Shown one piece after another: positions 56,701 through 64,000 of a stretch of 64,000 nucleotides of DNA. The notes below the pieces were generated by a model. It was not told where the DNA came from, ran no database searches, and worked only from the letters and a program-made list of their open reading frames with translations. Where the stretch lies: NCBI GenBank assembly GCA_030141605.1, contig JAQGDQ010000132.1:379797-443796 (forward strand), in the 5' to 3' direction. Positions within the stretch are counted from its first letter, which is position 1. Every line of letters begins with the position of its first letter. The DNA is from Tubiluchus corallicola. Its lineage: Eukaryota; Animalia; Priapulida. Both the position numbers and the translations under genes were made by a program.

Positions 56701-59700
56701 CCAATTCTTTGCGAGATCTTGTCAGATGATGAAGTTCAAGTTAACTCTGAGCTGGAGGTATTCCAGGCGGCGCTGCGGTGGTTAAATCACGACCCGGAGG
56801 TACGCATGCGTAATGCGGTGGAAGTGTTGAAGTGCATCAGACTACACACCATGTCTAGAGAGGAACTGTTTCAAAGTTTGCGAGAAGCTCCTTTCTTGAT
56901 GCAAAACCCGCATGCGCGCGATATCATCCTGAATGCTAACTGGTATGATTATTTTCTCATAATATAATAATTATAATGAAACTCTTTATTGCATATGTCA
57001 TATAACAGCCGAACGGTACAGATTATAAACACACATTCACAATATGTAGTAATTATAACATGTAACTGTTGTTATCAATTGTGTTAATGAACCTGATAAA
57101 AAACCAATGTAAGTGGCCAACGGATGACTATTCGGGTTAAAACGTGTTCATGTAGTAATGTGTTAATGTTAATGTCGGTTTATATGATATAATACATAAA
57201 TATCGGTCATTGAAACCTATTGTTGATGTGTGGTGGATGTTCGTGAAGTTTTTTTAGTGATATGAGCACATTTTTTTATTTTAGAGCACAAAGGCTGCCT
57301 AGTTATAATTATATAGTTTATATGAGCCCTAATTTATGTAGGCTATTTTTAGAGTTAATATATTCTCTTTTAGCTGCTTTTTAATCTGTTTTAGGGTTTT
57401 AGCAGATTTTACTTGAAGCGGGCTTCGCAAACTGAATTGTGACCATATTTATTGTTAGTTTTTGTTTGTTTAATATCACGTGTTCTTGTCTTTAGTTGTC
57501 ATAATAAAATTTAGTGGATTTCTTGATTATCTTTACCCAACACCTAACTTGACTCTGTGCCATAACGTTTAATCAATGGTCTAGCCCTGTTTATGTTTTT
57601 CTATATGACAATTTATATATACTTCATGCTAGTATATATAAAATTGGAACATTAAGCGATTCCATTTGTCTCTATTTGCTTTTTTGTATTCTGTCATTTA
57701 ATTTTTTTAATTACAGTATTAAATTTTGTGCTAAAGGGCATCCTTAATTCTCTTTACGCTGCCTCTACCAGCCGTCTCAAAATCGTCCACCAACTGGTCT
57801 ACTTAAGTCCTAGACGCCCCTTCTTGTTCTGGCCCGCAAAAAGAGAGGCTGTTTATATCAAATAAAACTTAATTATTTTGAACTTAGTCCGCCAAGAGAA
57901 CTGGAGAATCCTAATGTTCTGAACCAGAACAAATTACTTGGTCCTTAAAAAGATTTAGAACAACCTTCGCTTGGAAAAAGGCAAGGTGCCGTGTTAGTTG
58001 CCAATGCCAAAGAGTAATCATTAAACAGCTGATTCTTCTGGTGTTTTTAGCTTTTATCACTCTTCGCAGTAGAATTCTTTATTTTTGTTATTCTGACTTT
58101 TTACACTTTCAATCACAGACAGAACTGGATAAGTCAGTAAGTTTTTTCTTGAGGGCCTACAATTTTAGGCTGGAATTTGAGAAAAATGCTATTGTGGCAT
58201 ATACATGTGCAGAATAATACCAGTGTAGTTTTGTTGTATGTTAAAATTGCTCTCAATGACATTCACTCATTGATATAACCTAATCATATCATTGCAGGTA
58301 TAAAACCTGCTTGGAGGAAGAGCAGTTATCTAAGGCATCATTTTTGCAAAATTTTCCGGGGACCAGGTGCAATTTGAGTCCAAGAGTAAGTAGAATTCAT
58401 TTTTCTGGTCACGGGTTAACATGGATCTTACAATATATTGTGCTGAAGGCGACATTGCCGATAACGGTAGTTTCAATGTCGAAATGTGCATGCTTCCATT
58501 GTGACAAAAATAACTCCAAAATCTTAAACCAAAGTAAAGAAAATTCTAACAAAGACCAGCCAGGAATGTGTCTTACATCCTCCATGCCAGTGGAACTGGT
58601 GCTGATATGCTAAAATGACCTACAGGCTCACGGATATTCTGCTTGCTAGACTAGTTATAGGTAGGTGCTAGTATGCCCAGGTTCTGAAAGGCCCACGCCC
58701 AGGAGTCATTGCAATATAGAAGAAACGTACCTAATAAATCGCCCTTCATTACAATATTTACAAAAGTAATGATGATGCAAATGGCACTCATTCAATCACT
58801 TAATAAAGCAACGAGATTCTTTGTTACAAAAGAAAAAGTATAACTTCACCAACGCGGCTCTTCATGGCTTCATCTAACTTGATTTCATTAATTGTTACGA
58901 TAATTGATAGCCATTAATGGTTGAGGGTCAAAATGGGGTTATCAAAAATGTAATCACTAGTCACGTGAGCTTGTTATTATTAAAGCATGTGAATATTCTA
59001 GCCTTTTACACAAGTACACAGAATGATAATGATGATGATGGTAAATCTTTTATTATGCTTCTATTTGCAGTACATCAGCATATGATATCCATGAAATCCA
59101 TGTAAAGATATTAGTGACACACATACGTACATACTGTACATAATTACGTAATAATAAAAGCAACTGTATAAAATTATATACAAATAAACAAGTGCATGCA
59201 TATAAACAAATACGTTAGAATGTACAAAATATACAAAATGCTTAGGTATTGTAAAGTTTTGGCAAGTTGTTGTAATGATCAGATTCGATCATTATATAAT
59301 AAGTTACATAATAACTTAATACATAATAACATTACATAATAAAGTTATTACGTCACCATTACCCACAATGCCTGTTGTTCATTAGATCTCTGTACCTGTA
59401 GTACATAGGTAAACTATAAACTAATGATAAATTTTAAATATATGTAAACATCCTGGAAGTCTAAAGAGTCGTTCTGTAAATATACTTACTAGCGATTAGT
59501 TAACGTTTTCACAATGTACTTCACTAAGTCCAAAAATGCAGTAATTATACTTTTGGTTTGGTTTAAGCCTTTGATTGATCACTGATTGATCACAACTACT
59601 GATTGATCACCAAGCTCCAACATAAAATGTCTCCTCTTCCTTTGGTTGACAAATGCATTACGGACAATAAAATAGCAAATGATCTGGTGTCTGAGGGGAC

Positions 59701-62700
59701 AATCCATAGTCGCACAGTGCGGGCACAGAAATTGATTAAAGTTTCCTTGCTTAGGAAGAAAGCAAATTGCCCCAGTCTTCAATAGCCTGCCAGAATTTCT
59801 TACAGGCAGAATTAAAGTTGTACCAGCTACCAGGGTATCGTTTCCCATTTCAATGCCTTGCAATTTTGAGAACGATTTTTTCAGTCTATTGCTCCACAGC
59901 TTTTGAACAAAGTCTTTCATCATAAATTTCGTATTAGTCAAAGCCAGGACACAAAAACTCACTTTTTGAGAGAAGTTGTTTGTGCTCGCTTCTCGAGTAA
60001 TGATAATGACATTAAATTTTCATTATCTGCTTAAAATACTGGAATATGTGTCGCTTGATGCATTCCAGTTGACGGCATTTAAAGGTGAAATAGATGCCAC
60101 AATAATAGTGCCATATTCTGAGGCCACATTTCAAAAGCCCCGCAGACCTGGAGTTTTTAGAAAACCGACTGTTCGGCGCTTAAAGTCCCTGAAAGCAGAG
60201 CCTGGCGTTGTTGTTAAAAAGCAACGTGATTACATCATTCCAGCATTCGAGGATGCGCCATTTGCTGAGTCAGAAGAAACATCCGCACAACTAAAATGTA
60301 AGTCTGATGCACTGAGCATAACATTTCCTGTAATTATACATGTTGCTCTATTTATTAATAGCATTATTTTTGATACAGTGGCTGATACTGGTAACGTTTA
60401 ACAAGCCTTTTCACTGTTCCAGCGATTGATGATGATTGTGAAATGGTCGAAGGTTTAGTGAACCTAACAACGTTATTTGAACCAAACATTGCATTTGTTT
60501 ACACTTGATAATGTATTGTAACAGTTCTTGTCGTTAATTTTTGCTTCTCTAATTTCATTTTACGTGAATTGCTAGCTGTTTTCGAATAAGAATAACTTCT
60601 TACTTTAAAACTATACACGTGTAGTATATAATAAAAATAACCACGTGTTTCACCGTTTCACCTACATGTAGTTATATACACAAGGTCAGAAGTAAGTAGG
60701 GTTCACTTAACCTTTGACCTACAGCAACTGCGCTTGTGCACAGCGAAACTGTGGAAAGGCTTATTCTTTCACCATTTAATATAAGATCATTTCTGCATTC
60801 TAGATTTGTAACGTTATTGTGGAAAAACTGGTAAATAAATTTCTTACCAAGTTACTTAAAATAGTTTGAATACGGAATTTGAGCTTTAACGTTAGGAATC
60901 ATTGTCTTAGGTAGGGGATATGTATATATATGTATATATATAGTATGTATAATTATGTATATTTGATTTATGTGGTGGTTCTCTTGGATTACGTATTTGC
61001 TTGCTTGCTTGCTTACTTGCTTTCCCACTTGCTTACTTACTTACTTGTTTACGTGCTTGTTTGCTTGCTTGCTTGCTTCCTTATTTATTTATTTTATTGC
61101 TTAATTATTACTTACTTACTCATTCACTCACTCACTCACTCACTCAGTCATTCACTCTCTCACTCACTCATTCACTCACTTGCTCACACACTCACTCATA
61201 CACTTACACACTTACTTACAGATCTAGAAATGACTGCAGAAGAAGAGCAAGTAAAATCTGATGAGACAAAAGAACCCACAGAAGATGACCTGGAAACACT
61301 CAATATTCAAACAAGCAGACAAAAAAGCGGCTCACGGGCTAAAAAAGTGAGCGATTATAGCAAACAACAGCTAAAAAATGTTTTCAGCAATGTTTCCAGA
61401 CGATTGTCTGGCGATGAAAAGAAAAAATCGATGCGTGGAGAAAAGAAGTCAGTTACTGACAAGCGAAAGTCTACGTCGGCTAAAACAACCAAAGATACCA
61501 GCAAACATACGAATATAAGACAAATCTCCAGCACTGAGAGGCAACAATCCAGTACCAGGAAGCATAAATCTCGCATTGGAAACGAGAAACTTAAAACTGA
61601 ATGGCAAAGATCTAGCATTGGTTCGCTGGAAACTATTGTAGAAAAGTCAAAATTAGAAGAACCAGCAGAAAAGATAGACGATCATGATAAAGAATTTGCA
61701 GTTCATGGTGAAACAACGAAAGAGCAAGTTAGAACAGGTATAAAAGATATCGACGATGAAAAGCAAAAGTCTAACATTGAAAAGCACAAATCTGGTACTC
61801 AGAAGCAAAAATCGGGTACTGAAAAGCACAAATCTGGCACTCAGAAGCAAAAATCGGGTACTGAAAAGCACAAATCTGGCACTCAGAAGCAAAAATCGGG
61901 TACTGAAAAGCACAAATCTGAAACTGAAAAACAAAAATCAGGAGCTGAAAAGCAAAAGTCTGGCACAAAGACATCTGGGTTTTTAGCATCTAAATCCAAC
62001 GTACTGAAACGCAAGTCAAAAGAAACTACAAGTGCGCAGAAAGAAAAGGACGGTCCCGAGAAAACAATAAAAAGTGCACTAAAGGACCCTCAAAACCCGT
62101 CTAAGTCTAAAATCGTACAGCTTGTGGATACTCACAGAGGCATAGCAGTGGGTTTGTTGGGCGGTTCTGATCCAAAAGACACAGACAGCAAGTAAGTCCT
62201 GTCATTTTAATCCTTCATTTCGGCCTAGGATTTACAGCGGTAAGGTGAAGTAGTCAACACAATGTTCAGGAGTATAAATAATATCAATTTCAATCAATTT
62301 AGCTCACAACATTACATAACATATAATTCAAGCATAGTTTAAAACCATTCACACTCGTAACACGTGTAATTATCATTAGACTTGTTACTTGCAAAAGAAC
62401 TCAAAACGTCTAACGAAAACTTTTGATTCATCCTATTATAGCAAATATAGACTTGACAAGTTGGCGGAAAAATACAACATGATGTGGTGAGTTTATCACC
62501 AAGAGTCACCCTAAATACAATATACAGTCCGTTATAATGTTCAAACTAGTGATAGGATGAACCAACTCTAACAATGGCAGAAATAAAAGTGCCAACTAGT
62601 ACAAAAATACAACGTGCGCTGCTGTGGTGCTATGAAACCTATATCCATGGTGACTATCTCTTAGCAATAGTAAAGTAATAAATAAAAAGTATAAAAGGTT

Positions 62701-63571
62701 GTAATTAGTAATAAATAAAAAGAATAACGTGTTGGACAAGTGACTTATATTATCAAAAGAGAGCCATGGTGTAGTGAGCTTTATTCTGTGACCTTGATCG
62801 AGTGTTTTACAGTCACCAAACTCAAACATCCTTTAAGGAGCTGGGATACCTTAATATATCCTGACAATTGTGCGTTTAGTAATTAATATTAATACTAACC
62901 CTGTTAATATTTAATAAGCCCTTTCTCGGTTTCACCGATTGATGGTGATCGTGAAAAGGTTAATGAATCTAACAATGTTATCTGAACCAAGCAACGCATT
63001 TGTTTACACTTGACAACGCCTCTCAGGCCATGCTGTTGAAAACATTAACAGTTCTTGGCATTAATTTTCACTTCATTTATTTCATTTTACATGAATTGCT
63101 ACTGTTACTACTAGCTGTTAGCCACATGTTTCACCGGTTTCATCTACATGTAGTTACATGCACAAGGTAACTTTACATATTTACAGAAACAGACGCTTTT
63201 ATAAGGTCACTAATGACATTGCGCACATTGTTTACAGCTATAACGGACTCAAGATCATTAAATATTTTATATAAAGAGTATATTTCTTAAAACCGTTTCT
63301 TGTAGTAAAGTTTGACCAAGGAATTATCTTGGAAAAATCCTAAGTGCTAATTGAGAATTATTACAATTATTGGACACATTGGGGACATATCAGATGTGTT
63401 GAGGTGCGTAACTCATTAAAATGATAACGAAATTTTGAATTTCTAGAAATGCAGGTAAATTGTTTACGTCATACGATATAGAAGAAAATAAATGGTACCG
63501 CGGACCAGACATTCCCGAGGGAGTTGATCGTCACGCAGTAGCTTTCCATGATTCAACAATTTACGTTATAG
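53737..63571 (+). CDS. Gene 5 (3' end outside window): BTB-BACK / Lys-Glu-Ser-rich insert / Kelch scruin/KLHL-like protein
   Basis: Exons 53737-53856 (start uncertain), 54769-54988, 56210-56942 (BTB-BACK: FQVHKSVLYRNSRYF...NSELEVFQAALRWL), 58298-58385, 60069-60297, 61222-62191 (ends GLLGGSDPKDTDSK) and 63447-63571. All phases are compatible, and intron positions around BACK and Kelch blade 1 match gene 2. Confidence 0.85.
59024..59970 (-). mobile_element. Decayed LINE 3' end
   Basis: Minus-strand LCPHCATMDCPLRHQIIC resembles the C-terminal CCHC knuckle of LINE ORF2. Further along are AATAAAAG and a (CAT)n tail at ~59055-59025. Confidence 0.4.
60400..60765 (+). mobile_element. MITE family A, copy 4
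   Basis: AACAAGCCTTTTCACTGTTCCAGCGATTGAT ... AACTGTGGAAAGGCTTATT. Confidence 0.8.
60995..61220. repeat. Tetranucleotide tract (TTGC/CTTA/CTCA)n abutting the acceptor of exon 61222
   Basis: Seen directly; it accounts for the spurious N-terminus of ORF 60930-62195. Confidence 0.85.
61757..61978 (+). repeat. Coding 21-bp/42-bp repeat (EKHKSGT-QKQKSGT)
   Basis: About ten 7-aa units alternating as a 14-aa higher-order unit. Confidence 0.9.
62913..63168 (+). mobile_element. MITE family A, copy 5 (right end missing)
   Basis: AATAAGCCCTTTCTCGGTT start; the body is collinear with 60400-60690 up to CACAAGGT. Confidence 0.7.
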
Positions 63572-64000
63572 GTGATGTGTTTACCCTTCCTTTCACAGTG
63601 TCTGTGGCTATAGTGCAAAGTTTCAGATTAACTTTGCTAAGTGCCTGTGTTTTTAATGCGAAACTATTAGACAGAGATCTAGAAACTTTTAGACACTACG
63701 TGGAAAATCCGTGCGCCATTGATCATTAGTGACTGCGTAGCATTACCAGTTGATAGCCCAGCGGTAAGCCTCTAGAAATGGCTGATGTCCTGTGTCTTCG
63801 ACCCCTTGACTGAAGTCATCGTTCACCAAACTATTGTCTGAGTCTCTACCAGGCAAGTTTCAAGACACTCGTGTTTCCAAATTAACTGAATTACATGTGG
63901 ATGCCCTCGATCATCGCGGATCTAAGAAAACTCATGCAACGATATCTCGTTATTGTTGATGTTAGGTATTGAGTTTTCTTAGGCATCCACTTTTAATTCA

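Overview
AT-rich, intron-containing invertebrate animal DNA. Most of the window is a + strand tandem cluster of scruin-like Kelch genes, rebuilt by hand from GT-AG junctions whose phases close correctly. (1) 3' part of a gene with at least three six-blade Kelch propellers, ending at 13748. (2) A complete BTB-BACK / ~640-aa largely disordered insert / Kelch gene, ~17535-35525. (3) A Kelch-only paralog, 39021-44359. (4) A single coding-exon gene (47665-50091) derived from gene 2's insert exon; it shares an unnamed ~140-aa domain with gene 2 and carries 26 copies of a 15-aa RPASA repeat. (5) 5' part of a second BTB-BACK / charged insert / Kelch gene, 53737 to the window end. A probably decayed metzincin-like gene with an Arg/Tyr-rich tail lies on the - strand between genes 2 and 3. 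Introns and spacers hold several MITE families (a 5-copy AATAAGCC-ended family, TTAA/Kolobok-type elements, fold-backs), LINE 3' fragments and long microsatellites. All family assignments come from motif recognition; no database search was run.
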